Positions 14,028-27,722 of a DNA stretch of 64,000 nt are shown piece by piece. The stretch is from Phyllobates terribilis (taxonomy: Eukaryota). Each line of letters begins with the position of its first letter. Positions within the stretch are counted from its first letter, which is position 1. Location: NCBI RefSeq assembly GCF_046119375.1, contig NW_027362761.1:542810001-542874000 (forward strand), in the 5' to 3' direction. Made by a program: the position numbers and the translations under genes. Under the pieces are notes generated by a model. It worked only from the letters and a program-made list of their open reading frames with translations. It had not been told where the DNA came from and searched no databases.

Positions 14028-14373
14028 GGCTGCAGTTCACACACGTGTTTTTTTTCTGCTGCTAACTTTTCTCTGGCAGGAAAACAGCTGTGTATTTTGC
14101 TGTGTATTTTTGACCACCCATTATTTTCTATGGGTGAAAAATACGCAGCAAAAACTCAGGTGCGTTTTCTGCTGCAGAAACGCTGAAATAAGTGACATTT
14201 TCTATTTTCCAAATACGCAAGCAAGGCAGAAAATAGGCAGCAAACAAAAAGCCACTTGTGAACAGAGAGTTCTGGTTTCTCATAGACTTTGCTGGTACTG
14301 CTAGATGCAGCTGAAAATTTGCATAAAAATCTGCTGCAAAATACGCAGCAAAACACAACGTGTGTGAAAATAG
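14028..14373. mobile_element. MITE related to 4199-4616
   Basis: TAA|GGCTGCAGTTCACAC start, ...CGTGTGTGAAAATAG end; shared internal CATAGACTTTGCTGGTACTG and AAAATTTGCATAAAAA blocks. Confidence 0.65.
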
Positions 14374-15458
14374 TGCAACAGGGGAATTTTTGATAGACTT
14401 AACTCCAATATGCTGATGTAAAAAAAAATAAAAAGACCTGTTTCTTTTTTGTGCCAAATTTCTAACTTTTTAGATTTGTCGCTCTCGCCACTTTGCAGAA
14501 ATATAAGTGGGGCTTTTAGTGAGTGGCGGCGTTTCCACTGCCCAATAGATTAATATAAATTACGTCTGAAGCCTGTATACATTTTAGCGCAAAATCTACA
14601 CTTAATAATAGCAAAGAGGTGACAGATTTAGACAGCTGCTGTAAAGTTCAGCTGACTGCTGTGGCCCCCGATACATACGAGTGCTCGACATTACATCTCC
14701 ATGTTACTAGACCCCTCGTCTGCTCAACGACCAGAAGGATCAGGCTTTGGAAATCCACCAGGTCTGATCCTTCTCCACTAACCGCATCTGTGGGGTCAGT
14801 CGGGACTCCCCCATGTCCATCACTGTCGGCTGATATCTGTGGCTTCTTTAGCTCACTGTATTTGGGAGGTCTTAAGAGACCTATTGTAGCACTGGTTTAA
14901 GTATGTAAATGTGTTTTTGGAAAGGGCTTTTACCCTCCCACACAGGGACTCTTCCCAAAAATACATTTTTTTTTTCCCCTCTAATTTTGTTTTACAAGAA
15001 ACACAAATAATCGTACAATTCCAGCACCGCTATCGAAGCCATTGCTCTCATTTGTGTATTTTTCACCCCAGATGCTGATTTCCATGCAGATTTTTCCATC
15101 ATCCTATGTGCAAGTTTCAGCTGTATCACCCTGAGGTGGCAGACACCAGCGAGCCGCTAGATAGATGGTGCACGCTTATGTTTCTCCACCAAGCCTCCAG
15201 TATTTTGATACCCCAACATTTTTTTTTTCTAAGAAAACCTGTCGAATAGGGATTTATTTTTTTCTTTTCTGTATCCCACCCCCCCAACCACAATGAATGA
15301 TTCTCATTTTCATTATCGCAAAATAATTGATGGAGTTTGGCTGAGTTGCGGCAGTAATGAGGTCTAAGCGTAATAATGCACTCCTTTCTAATAACTGAGC
15401 TCTGCTGGCGTTTAAAAGCCTCCTAAATCAGTAGCTCTACTATGAATTTATTAGGGGT

Positions 15459-15606
15459 NNNNNNNNNNNNNNNNNNNNNNNNNNNNNNNNNNNNNNNNNN
15501 NNNNNNNNNNNNNNNNNNNNNNNNNNNNNNNNNNNNNNNNNNNNNNNNNNNNNNNNNNNNNNNNNNNNNNNNNNNNNNNNNNNNNNNNNNNNNNNNNNNN
15601 NNNNNN
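15459..15606. other. Assembly gap (148 N)
   Basis: Run of N. Confidence 1.
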
Positions 15607-16149
15607 CTGTCAGGCTTCGGAAATAGTGCCTCGACGCAGTCCCTATTTCACAGACGCTTATTTGACATCATTACATTTTATGCTAATCTGCATCTCTTGT
15701 ATCCCATCAGAAGGACAGATGCTGATACTGTAATATACAGCTCCCTCGTCCCATTGCCCCACCGGGGATCGGAGGGCGGTGAGCGGCTCTCAAGTACTCC
15801 TACCTGTGTCCAAACGGGAAATGGATTGCACTGCGCTCGTGCCGGGAAACCCGCTATTGTGCTCTGCTTGGAATATGTAGGAGGAGACTTCAGGACAATG
15901 CCTTTAAGAGTTGTCATGTGACCAAAACACCAATCCATATTCCCTGTAGCGTCATTAAATGCCATAAAGATCCTGATGTCTGCCATGAATCCAGAGCCCT
16001 TTTGTAAGAGCAGAGCTTGCATGCATGGACTACGTGAGTGCGACTAAAGCTAAGGTTGGAGAAGCCTGACCTGCTGCGATCAGAGGGTTCAGGGAACTTC
16101 AGTGCGTGTCTTCCTATTAAACAGCTCTAATTGGGTCTGCCTTCAATCT

Positions 16150-17040
16150 ATGAAACTAAAGTCCATTAAATTCAACCAATTGGCAGAGGAAGACGAAAAC
16201 CTCATGAGGCCGATGCTAATATGGCAATCAGACTAGTTCCTTGGATCGGCGCCCCATCACAGAATCTAGTGCCTATAACCTCTAATATTTTTTTCAAGAA
16301 AGGCATCAAGGCCCTCTTTGACCTTTTGTACTGAGTCAAGCATTAAAACTTCCCATGGCAAAGAGTTCCATAGACCTCACTGCTCTTACAGTAAAGAATC
16401 CATAGACCTCACTGCTCGTACAGTAAAGATTCCATAGACCTCACTGCTCGTACAGTAAAGAATCCATAGACCTCACTGCTTGTACAGTAAAGAATCACTA
16501 ATCAGTCTGTCATTGATTAAACCTTTTTTCCTCTAGACATAGAGGATGTCCCCTTGTCACCGTTACAGGTCTAGGTGTAAAAAGACCTTTACACAAATCT
16601 GTACTGTCCCCTCATATATTTGTACATGGTAATAATATCGCTCCTAAGTCTTTGTTTTTCCAAACTGAATTACCCCAAATCTGATAACCTGTCCTGATAT
16701 TGCAGCCCACCCATTCCCCGAATACCCTTGGTCGCTCTGCTCTGCACCCGCTCTAGTTCAGCTATGTCCTTATACAATGGAGACCAAAAGTGTGGCCGCA
16801 TTAGTGACTTGTATAGAGGCAAAACTATGCTCTCCTCATGAGCGTCTATGCCTCTTTTAATTCATCCCATAATTTTATTTGCCTTTGCAGCAGCTGCCTG
16901 ACACTGGTCACAAACGTTGAGTTTGCCGTCCACCCATACACCCAAGGCTTTCTCCGTGACAGTTTTACCATTTAATACATAACTATACATTTTGTTTCCT
17001 CTGCCCACGTGCATGGCCTTACATTTATCTACATTAACCT
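16150..17040 (-). mobile_element. Degenerate CR1 3' fragment with an internal 32-bp tandem amplification (4 copies, ~16350-16495)
   Basis: Collinear similarity to the CR1 at 524-1440 (GCAGCAGCTGCCTGACACTGG, CTGTACTGTCCCCTCAT, GTGCATGGCCTTACATTT); unit CATAGACCTCACTGCTCGTACAGTAAAGAATC. Confidence 0.85.
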
Positions 17041-18056
17041 TTTAATGGATTGGGCTTCTTGAATTCCCCTGACTGATCCTTTTGTTTTCTCGGGAGATAA
17101 TCCCCCAGAGGAGTCTGGCTGTAAATTCCCTCTCCCCATTGAAGCCACAAGAACGCTTTACTGAGCCCAATTCATGTAAACACTGGACACATCCAGGTCT
17201 GGTTCTTTGGAAGGAAATGGACATTTTACTAGTCTCATATCACCTTTTAAAGATTTTGCCGTGAAGAACAAACCGCACAACCATTATTCTGCTCCACTGA
17301 AACCTACAGGTGACGCAACACATTCGCCCAGGAAGTGTTCTCCAAGCGTCCGTCTATTCACTTTAGTCCATCTATCAACTCTTAAATGAAAGTGTCTCTG
17401 CTCCTCTGCAGTGTTGCTGGCTTTACGTTACTCCAGCTGCCACTTGGCATTGTGCGCGGCAGTCTCAGGCTCCTGTGCAGCTGTTATGTGAATTTCTGTT
17501 CACACTTCTGCTAGAATTTATGCCACTTTCTGGTGTAATTATAATCGGCTGGGCCACGCTTGGTCACATCCTTCAAACAAGTCACCCCAAAAAGTATAAA
17601 CAGGAAAATTTGAGATTTGAAATAAAAAAAAAAAAAAAATCATCTTTTGAAGGAGTTTTTGGGTGTAAATAGGTTATTGCCTAGGTCATAGTTCATGGGA
17701 GACCTGCATCAATTGTTACACTTTTTTTTTTTTTTTTCCCTGACGGGTAATTTTTTTTTTTTTCCGGGTACAAAATACAGTGGCAGGTTACACGCCCAAC
17801 CAATGCTCCATTCATTCTCTATGGGCGGCCAAGAAATCCAGAGGGCGGTCAAAAAATGCACAGCGCAACGCTCTGCAGCCTTATTGTGAGTGAATGAAGC
17901 AGTGGTCAAGCATGTGCACTGCCGCTCATTGGTAATGGGGATAAATGGACCCTGGTCTGCCGTTCAATGCAGGTCCCAGCAGTCATTACCCACTTATTAA
18001 TAAGTTGTATCCTATCCTGTGAGAAGTTGTTTCCAACTAACAACCCCTTTAAAATA

Positions 18057-19029
18057 CACTGATCAAAAGAATAAAGGGAACACTTAAACAGAATATAACT
18101 CCAAGTAAATCAAACTTCTGTGAAATCAAACTGTCCACTTAGGAAGCGACACTGATTGACAATCAATTTCACATGCTGTTGTGCAAATGGAATAGACAAT
18201 AGAGGGAAATTATTGGCAATTATCAAGACACCCTCAGTAAAGGAGTGGTTCTGCATGTGGGGACCACAGACCACATCTCAGTAGCAATGCTTTCTGGCTG
18301 ATGTTTTGGTCACTTTTGAATGTTGGTTGTGCTTTCACACTCGTGGTAGCATGAGACGGACTCGACAACCCACAGAAGTTGATCAGGTAGTGCAGCTCAT
18401 CCAGGATGGCACATCAATTCGAACTGTGGTAAGGTGGTTTGCTGTGTCTGTCAGCGTAGTGTCCAGAGGCTGGAGGTGCTACCAGGAAACAGGCCAGTAC
18501 ACCAGGAGACATGGAGGGGGCCGTAGGAGGGCAACAACCCCGTAGCAGGACCGCCTGTTCCCCAGACCTGAATCCGATTGAGCACATCTGGGACATCATG
18601 TCTCGCTCCATCCACCAACGTCCCGTTGCACCACAGACTGTCCAGGAGTTGGCGGATGCTTTAGTCCAGGTCTGGGAGGAGATCCCACAGGAGACTATCC
18701 GCAACATCATCAGGAGCATGCCCAGGCATTGCAGGGAGGTCATACAGGCACGTGGAGGCTGCACACAATACTGAGCCTCATTTTGACTTGTTTTAAGGAC
18801 TTTACATCAAAGTTGGATCAGCCTGTAGTGTGTTTTTCCACTTTCATTTTGGGGGTGACTCCAAATCCAGGCCTCCATTGGTTAATAAATTTGATTTTCA
18901 TTGATTTTTGTGTGATTTTGTTGTCGGCACATTCAACTTTGTACAGAACAAAGTATTCAATGAGAATATTTCATTCATTCAGATCTAGGATGTGTTATTT
19001 GAGTTTTCCCTTTATTTTTTTGAGCAGTG
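18057..19029 (+). mobile_element. Internally deleted Tc1-like element, 973 bp, TA TSD
   Basis: TA|CACTGATCAAAAGAATAAAGGGAACAC ... TTTTCCCTTTATTTTTTTGAGCAGTG|TA; N-terminal HTH (GGGRRRATT) fused directly to [12 protein letters not shown]...ARGG, with the catalytic core deleted near 18555. Confidence 0.9.
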
Positions 19030-19239
19030 TATATAGATCTGAGTGTGGCAGCAACTCTGTTAGAGGACAAACAGGTGTGTACCGCCGAGTGTACCTATGT
19101 ATGGAGTTTGGGAGTTCGCTGTTAGCCAAAGGACAGTTTATCCAACAGCTTATTAGTATGAGGGCCTTAACCCCTCTCGATCTGTTATAGTTTGGGGATG
19201 AGGCTGGCGCGCTAATATTTCACCTGGTGTTAGATGGCG

Positions 19240-19475
19240 GCATTGTCTGTTGCAGCTCTGCAGTTTCCTGCTTACGACTGTCTTACATGACGTCACTGCT
19301 TGATTAGCAGCTACAGCACTGCTGCTTCCTGCTTACGACTATCTTACGTCACCGCTTGATTGGCAGCTGTGGCGCTGCCGCTTCTTGCTTACGACTGTCT
19401 TACATCACTACCTGATTGGCAGCTGCAGCGCTGCCGCTTCTTGCTTACGACTGTCTTAAGTCACCGCTTGATTGA
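19240..19475. repeat. Short tandem array, ~55-61 bp x4
   Basis: Recurrent GCTTCCTGCTTACGACTGTCTTAC...TGATTGGCAGCTG. Confidence 0.8.
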
Positions 19476-19993
19476 TGATGATCTGTTTCAGTTCTGGCAG
19501 CAGTGGGATAGAAACTACGAGTAAATCCTGTTGAGAACATATAGAAAAGATTTCTTGCTAAAAAATATAATTTTTTTTTTAAAAACTGCTTCTCTCTTTT
19601 TGCTGAGGGAATGACTTTTGGTTGCAGAGGAAGTGAAGTATTACATGGCAGCCATCGAGACTGTCTATCCCGGAGTCCACCAGAATACAAAGAGTAGGAT
19701 CCTGACACCTATAGCATCCATGTGCCATAGTAAGGCAAATAAACAGGGACAGTCCTTATGAGACAACCCCTTTTAATGTTATATTTTCCCATGAGGTCAT
19801 TTGTTGAAGGCTTTCATCTTGGGAACCACAGACTCCACTATCACAAGGTGGTTTCACCGCTGAGGTCTGGTTGGCAGCAGACGTCCCCATATATCCTTGC
19901 TCCGCTTTAACCAATCCAGACTGGTGTTTTCTGAGCGGAGCAGGGTATGGCACGTTACTGTAGCAGAGATGTGTGTGCGGCAGCGGACCTCGT

Positions 19994-20080
19994 ATGGTGT
20001 GTACACGCCGCTCGCTCTCCATGGTGTGTACACGCCGCTCGCTCTCCATGGTGTGTACACGCCGCTCGCTCTCCATGGTG
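19994..20080. repeat. 27-bp tandem repeat x3
   Basis: ATGGTGTGTACACGCCGCTCGCTCTCC; appears as MESERRVHT repeats in the ORF track. Confidence 0.9.
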
Positions 20081-23000
20081 CTCGGCCCGCAGCTTTATCA
20101 TCGTGTCTGCAGACTTAACAAGTGACTCGCAGGCGTTAAGTCCACATGCCGCACCTCCCAGTGTAAGTTGCTCGGAGCAAAGCTTCAAAGGGGATTGTGC
20201 CACTTTGAAGATTGGAGCTTAGAATACGACTTGAAAGATTTGTGATGGACCTACTGTGAAACTGAGTGCAGTCTAATTTCCTTTTTTTGTAATATGTTTT
20301 GAAACTTTTTTTTTTTTTTTTTTTTTTTCCCCAGAGACCCTTCCTTCCCATCTCTTCACTTTCTTCCAAGTTGTTCATGTAATTGGTGGGAAAGACTTTT
20401 TGCTTCAAAAGAAGCTTTTATCATATTAACTTCTGCCGCTTGGGGAAAATGTGATTCATGTCTTCTAAGAGGCGAGTCCTGCAGATGTCCTACCATGCAC
20501 CGAGCCGCTAATTATTCAGCTTTTCTCCATTCTGGAAAATAAGAACAGGAAGGAATGTCCTGAGATTGATGCTAGTATGTGACCCCTCTGTACCCCAGGT
20601 ATTGGTGTTAGAGCAAGCCTTGGCATAGTACAGAGGAGTCTCACACTTGGCCACGTAAATGGGCCGAACGTTGGAAAAAATGTTAAATTTGACGGGTGTG
20701 ATGATGTTTTCAGTGATGCCATTTTTTTCCTCCTTTTGATCACGTTATTCCAATTTTTGTCTTTTGTATAATGAAAAAGCTACTTTTTCTATATTTTTAT
20801 TTTTAATCCTGGGAGTGACTGTCATTAGCAGACTAGATTGTCCCCAAGAACTCAGTGTTACTGATAATTAGCCAATTAAACAATGGACTCGGTCTGGTCC
20901 AAAATTGGTTGTCAGGTGCTATATAATCCATGGCACAACTTGGAGCATGCACACATGTATTGGCCGTAAATATGGTAGTACACTAACTGTGGCATAAACA
21001 TAGCGAGTTGTTTAGCCGCGTTTCCTCTGCATCTTGTTTGATAAATATGACTTGGGATTGGAGAAGTCACTGCGCACCGCCATCAATGTACAGCACCGCA
21101 TATTGGCCATTCTCGGGTACTGTAGTACTTCTCCCATTCAGATGAATGGTGGAATCTGAGCTGCAATACCGGAGACTGGCCACTATACTGTGCACGGAGC
21201 TGTGCTGTTCCCGCTGTGTACACTGTGCACCTCCCGCCACTAGGAGAGCTACAAACTGCTGATTGGTAGGAGTGTCGGACCTTCACCGATCTGACATTGA
21301 TGATGGCTTATAGTCCTAAACATCCCTTTTTTTTTTGTTTCTTTGTGGTAGTCTGGATGTGTCCCTTTCAGTAGTACATGCTGGGTGTGAGGTTTGGGAG
21401 TTCAGAATGCTACTTGCTGCCTTTGCTAACATTCCTGTATCAGCACAGCTTCATTCCTGTAGTGATTTTATCCTTCTACAGCCCATGAATGGTCTCTTCT
21501 CTGATGCTGAGGAGTATTACTTCCCCCCTCTCAAACCCAGCACACTGATGAATTTGTGACTCCCTTCCCCCCTTCTGTTTTCCTCCATATCTGCAGCGTT
21601 TGATATCTAACATTCCTTAAAACCTGGCTATCTCCTTCACTTTGGTTTGCCTTGTGCAGCCTCCCTCCCTCCCTCCCTCACTGCTGCTATTTTTTATGCC
21701 AAATTTACACATCAATATTATTTAGTCCATGCTCTGCTCCGGGTGCAGTTCCTGGCCTGACTATGGATCTCCAGACCTTTAACCTCAACTTAACTGTTAG
21801 GTTCAGCGCTCTGCTCTTCCCATCACCACTGAGGGTCTCCTGAACCTATCACAAGTAGTGCACTGTTCAATCTTTTATACGCAGCAGGACAGTCGGTTAT
21901 ACAAAGGAGTTACACAGACTTTACAACAGCAAAGTGGTTTAGGATTTTCATTGAAGACGATTTAGAAAGTTGATTCATTTTTAAATTTAAAAGCAAATGA
22001 ACAATAAAAATGATCCATGCAAAGATGTTCTTAGCTATATATATTTTTTGTGTTAGTGATCAGTATATTCAGGTTACTATATCTCATTTAAATTTGTGAC
22101 CATGTAATCAGGAGTAAAACTTGCACCAATCAATACCAATAGTGATTTATATTTTGCTGTTTTGGTCATGTCCTTGCTCGCACGTAGTTGCAGCCTCTGG
22201 GCTGTAGAGGGCAGCCTAGCCTCATTTTTGGCGGTACGTTTTGGTACCAGTGTTGCACTTGGTGCATTTCTTGGCCTACAGTGGGTGCCTGACAATTCAG
22301 CAGCGCCTGGCCTTCGCTGTGCCGTCTGTTCCAGGATCCCAGGAGTTAATGGGCGCATTGTCTGTGGTGCGGGGACCGTGTGTAAGTGCTGCAGCTGTGA
22401 GGCTCTTTTGAAGCTTTCTGTATCTGTGAATGGAGGAAGCAGATGAAGTAATATAGCCGCAGCTGAAGGCTTTCATGTCTGCTTAAAGCCGCGTCTGAAG
22501 ATGCTCGTCCTGCCCTGTATAATCACATCTCGCTCCTCGCCCCGCTCCTCGCCCCACTCCTCAAAGCCCACTCTTCTTAAGAAAATCATTTCATGCACGC
22601 CCGCTAATTCACACTGTGCAGCCCCCAGTCCCTTTTTAGATGAGATCTGTTTTTAGAATTTTCTTTTATTGTTGTTTATCTTTCAAGGTAGCTCCATAAA
22701 CGCCTGTGTAATCCCGAAGATGAAGGCAAACCATGACCTAAATAGGACATTAAGGGGGGGGGAAAGGAGAACGCGCCGAGCGGCTGGGAGACTAGGAGTG
22801 GACTTGGTTCTGTGTAAACTTTAGTTTTTGGTTTTGCACAAACACCTGGAGCTGCCGGATGGGGCGGTCTAGTCTGATTGCTATGCGTGGGAGTTTGCCT
22901 TGAAATCCCAATCTTAAAATGCAAGCTTTTCACAGCAACGCAGAGTATTTTAGGAGAGCAGTGTGACTGTAATTAAAGGGACTTGTCCAATCAATATAGA

Positions 23001-25629
23001 CGCTGTTGCTTCCAACTAATGCGGTCCTCTCTCGAGCATTTACATCTCCTGCTGGCCGGTGCTCCTGGATGGCTGGAGCGGAGAGGAGACGCAGCAAGGG
23101 ACATGTGGCCTCCGCTGCATCTGGACAGCTAGGCAGCAGAGGTCTAAGGACTCACATAGCAGGGCTGACGAGAGTTAAGTTTGAGTAGGACGGGGGTGGA
23201 TCCATTTGGCGTCCCGGGAACACCATAGCAGCTGCCTTGCCTGCACCATTGGACGATGCATACATATTGCTGTGTCCGTTTTGCTGGTGCACCAAAAAAA
23301 TCCAAGCTTCTCCGTCCCATCAAACAGTAAAAAAGGGGCAGCACTTGGGCGAAGCATAGACGGGCATCCATGTGCGGTCTGTGGGTTTGGTTTTGTTTTT
23401 TTGGACACTTGTTCTACAAAATAAGACGGACGAATGAACGGCCCCATAGACCATAGTGGGTATGTGTACTATCTATGAAGAACATGGACAGGACACGTAG
23501 GTTAAAAAGAAGGAACGTCTGAATGGCGACACTTTTTTTGCTCGTTTGTCAGTTGATTGTTCACCCTTGTAAACGTGGAGGCAATCTTTCTTGCAAATGA
23601 TTGCTAGGTGATATCTGCCAATGGGTGTAAAAGGGTTTTACCAGATTTCTCAGGAACCAATAAAGATTTTATTCTTGAAACCAGGCAATATTTTACAAAA
23701 TAAGGGGAATAGAGGGTTTCATTACTGAGAAGAAGCCTCTACGAGTGACCAGGTGACAGATGCAGCAGCACCATGAGAGCTAAGATGGGAGGTGTCGGGC
23801 AGTGTCATGAGACTGCCTATAGGGGTTGAGGAACACGGGCAAGGTAATGCCTTTGTCAATGACTGTTCAAACCAAGCACAGGCGCTTGAGTTCGCTCTTT
23901 CTATATGTTTAGAAGTTGGTCTTTCATACCTTCAAGGGTGAGTCTGTCTCCACAAAATGACTGTTCATACCAAGCACAGATGTTCGGTGCACCCTTGGGG
24001 TGGCCAAACAATTCGGTGCACCTTTCCATCTAGTTTTACGTTTATCACCTCCCCCCTCCAAAGTTAAGGAAGGATTGGGTGAAGATGGATTAAAAACAAG
24101 TAGGTGGGAAGTTGCACTGTACCGTTTGGCCACACCAAGGGTGCACTGAGCATCTGTGCTTCGTTTTGTGGGGAAAGACTGACTTATAAGCACAGAAAGA
24201 TTGTGATTCCTAGAAACAACTGTTGCGGGAGAGTGGACTATTGATGTGCGCGGTATTTTTTGCTCTTATTTTCTTGTCTGAGCTGCAGATACAATTTTGT
24301 ATACAATGATGATTTGTTTGCCTGGTTAGAATAATTTCGGCGCTGTATGTGTGCGCTCCTCGCGGCTCTGCCATCGGAGGTGCAATCATGGACCATAAGA
24401 CGCGGCTTTCGCTGACTAAGTGCTGCCATCTTTCCCAGTGTGATTAGTCGCCTCTTGGCAGCATCGGCAGGCGTCGTATTGATAAATCAGGCTGCACTTA
24501 AAAATTTTTTGTCGTTGCCTTTTAAAAAAGGGGAGACTTAATCTGTCTCCATCTAAACGTCCCTGTAATGTCACACAGCCTCCTCCTAGGACGGTGCCAA
24601 TGTTTTATTCACTTAGTCGCCCCATTTGCAAAATTTTTACCTTCAGAATAGAAAATACAAAGTGAGCATTTTTGCAAACTTGCTGGAAAGTTTCAGAACG
24701 ATGAATTTGACGATATATTTTTATCTTGGGCATCAAACGATGTCCGCGGTAGTCCTTGCCCCCAGATGCCCCCCATCCATCCGTCTCTAATCATTCACTT
24801 AAAGGGGTTCTAGTAAATACTGTTCGATCCGGATCTGCTCCAGAATTTTTTCCCCTGCACACTCAACATTAATGTGGTCTGTGGTCATAAATCAGCTGAG
24901 AAAAAAAGGGTTAAACGCTCTCCTTTTAATAATAATAATCTTTATTTTTATATAGCGCCAACATATTCTGCAGCGCTTAACATACATTATCCTTTTGGAT
25001 CAATATAACAAGCTCACTGATGGATTCTCAGAGAACTCATTCCGCAGCCAGCAAAATACAGTGCAATGCACACAGGCTATAGACGGCATCATTTTTAATG
25101 AAGCCCAATTGCAAAAATTAATTTTTAGACCTGAATACATGCATTTGTGTAAAAAAAAAAAAAAAAAATCCTGAAAGGTGTGTGCACGCTTAGCTCTTTT
25201 TGGTTTATAAAAAAAATAAATCATTTTTGTAATCGATTTGTCGTTTCACGTTTTCACTTTTGCACGGTGTATTGCTAACTGCAGAATGAGTTAACTGAGA
25301 ATTCACCAGTGAGCACTTTCTGAAGGTCCAATGGCAGGGTTTGTAATTCTTATAAATCAGCTCATAGGAGCTCCGTAAGCGACTACTGACCTCAGACCAC
25401 ATCAAAATTGTACGCGCAGGAAAACAGCCTGTAAAAAGCCAACTGGTGCAACATTTTTATCGAAACTGCTTTGCTAAAATGATTTTATATCCCTAAATGT
25501 TGTAATGCAGAAATGCAAAAAAATATTGTATAGCCCCAGAGGTGGACAACCCCTTTAAACAGCACCTAGGGGGATAGACCCTCCAGCAACCCCCTTTAGA
25601 TCACTTCTCGCCTACATTGGACGGAGAAT

Positions 25630-25905
25630 GCTGCCCACAGTCAGGGCAGGGCATTGGTCGGAGAGGGCTGCCCGCTGTCAGGGCAGGGCATCGGTCGGAG
25701 AAGGCTGCCCGCTGTCAGGGCAGGGCATCGGTCGGAGAAGGCTGCCCGCTGTCAGGGCAGGGCATCGGTCGGAGAAGGCTGCCCGCTTGTCGGGGCAGGG
25801 CATCGGTCGGAGAGGGCTGCCCGCTTGTCGGGGCAGGGCATCGGCCGGCGAGGGCCGCCCGCTTGTCAGGGCAGGGCATCGGTCGGAGAGGGCTGCCCGC
25901 TGTCA
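25630..25905. repeat. GC-rich 37-38 bp minisatellite, about 7 copies
   Basis: GTCAGGGCAGGGCATCGGTCGGAGAGGGCTGCCCGCT. Confidence 0.9.
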
Positions 25906-27049
25906 AGGCCTCTCCCTCTTCTTATTTCTCTTTCATGTTGCCTGCGCTGTAAATGGAAGAAGAGATGTGAGCACATTTTATAAAAATAGGTTTATTCTGC
26001 CTTTAAAAACCCAGCATGGTCACGGGAGTTTATGGGCACGCGGCCTCCGCCGCACCGCCGGCCTCTCTCCGAGATGAATAGTTTAATGAACTTGGCATCC
26101 CTCACACAGAACAGCGTGAGCTAAAGTGCCGTGTGTGCTGGCGGCGTTATCTGCTCGCAGTAATAGAAAAGATTTACTCCAGGTTCCACTCCAGTGACCG
26201 CTGCGGCCATCACAGTCAGAGCACTTTGCATAGATTTGCAGAATGGCAAATGCCTCCTGATAAACGCCACAAACTAACAAGATGCCGTCTACACAGAGTG
26301 GACTTTTCTCCATCCGTGGGGTTATTATAACCGAGCAGACCCTGCTCATACAAACTGAGCCATCTACAGAGCTGACTGCACCCCACATTGGGGACCGATC
26401 GCCCACACCCCAACAGTAAGCGGAGATTCCGGAACTTGGCTCCCACTAGTGGGCAGCCGGTGTATTACAGACAACCCAGACTCTGAAAATATGAATCACC
26501 AACCAGGAGGTGTGTAATGTGGACCATAAGAGACCATAAGAGAGACTTTATTCTCTCTTATTGTTTCATTATTTTAATACAAGCTGTACTGTTGTGGGTT
26601 TTGCCATTGACCATTTAAATATTATAGGAACTTGTTCACATTACTTGTGTGGGCCTTTTAAGCCGTGTTCAGATGGGCTTATGTAAAATTGTCTTTTTTT
26701 CATCCAGAGAGAAAAAAATGAACTATTTTCATCCATATTGCATTGGTTTTATAGATAATAAAAAAATATTATTATTTTTTTTTTTAATTGCAACTGATCC
26801 ATAAATACTGGAGGGTCAGATGGTGTCCATATGGCATCTGTGTTTTTTTTTTTAAACGCACCTTTTTTTGTTTTTAATGTGCAAGTCTGATCCTTAAAAT
26901 AGATCAGACCAGCGTATGCCGTAATATTTTCCACATGGCCACTCGGTGAGGACAATCATGTGAACTCTTCTATTGACTATTGTGGATCCACATCTCTAAA
27001 TGTACCCTAACTGTGTCTGCTGGAAAATGCTTTTTTTTGCGTTCTAATA

Positions 27050-27722
27050 ACCCAACGAACCATGTGTGAAAAAGACTTGGATATACTAATAGATCACAGA
27101 CAGCACATGAGTCAACAGTGTAATGCAGCAGCAAAAAGGCAAACACAGATCTGGGATTTATTAACAGAAGCATACAGTCTAGATCACGTGAAGTCATTAT
27201 CCCCCTCTACTCTTTGGTCAGACCTCATCTGGAATACTGTGTCCAGTCCTGGGCACCACATCTTAAAAAAGACATTGAAAAACTGGAGCAAGTCCAAAGA
27301 AGAACAACCAGGATTGTGAGTGGACTGCAAACTCTCCGACAAGGAACGGTTGCAGGATTTGGGAATGTTTAGCTTGCAAAAGAGAAGACTGAGAGGAAAC
27401 TTAGTAGCCGTCTACAAATATGTCAAGGGCTGTCACATTGTAGAGGGATCAGCTTTATTCTCATTTGCACATGGAAACACAGGAAGCAATGGGATGAAAC
27501 TGAAAGGGAGAAGATACAGATTAGATATTAGAAAAAACTTTGATAGTGAGAGCAATCAATGAGTGGAACAGGCTGCCACCAGAGGTGGTGAGTTCTCCTT
27601 CAAGGAAGTCTTCAGAGGCTGGACAGACATCTGTCTGAGATGGTTTAGTGACTCCCTCATTGAGCGGGGGGGTTGGACACGAGAACCCTGGAGGTCATCT
27701 CCAACTCTTTTCTATGATACTA
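27050..27722 (+). mobile_element. Degenerate CR1 3' fragment of a different subfamily
   Basis: CEKDLDILID..QC.AAAK, HLEYCVQ.WAPH-like, [12 protein letters not shown]; 3' UTR GGGTTGGAC...CCAACTC...TTCTATGA typical of CR1. Confidence 0.85.

Noticed and set aside
14711-14761. AG/GT-bounded 51-nt segment reading TPRLLNDQKDQALEIHQ, first considered the next exon
   Set aside because: No U12 branch site, weak pyrimidine tract, and no match to hinderin, which continues directly at 37399.
19891-19899. Second U12 donor-like ATATCCTTG, a possible recursive or internal-exon site
   Set aside because: Not preceded by AC and no convincing branch site upstream; expected by chance in 27 kb.
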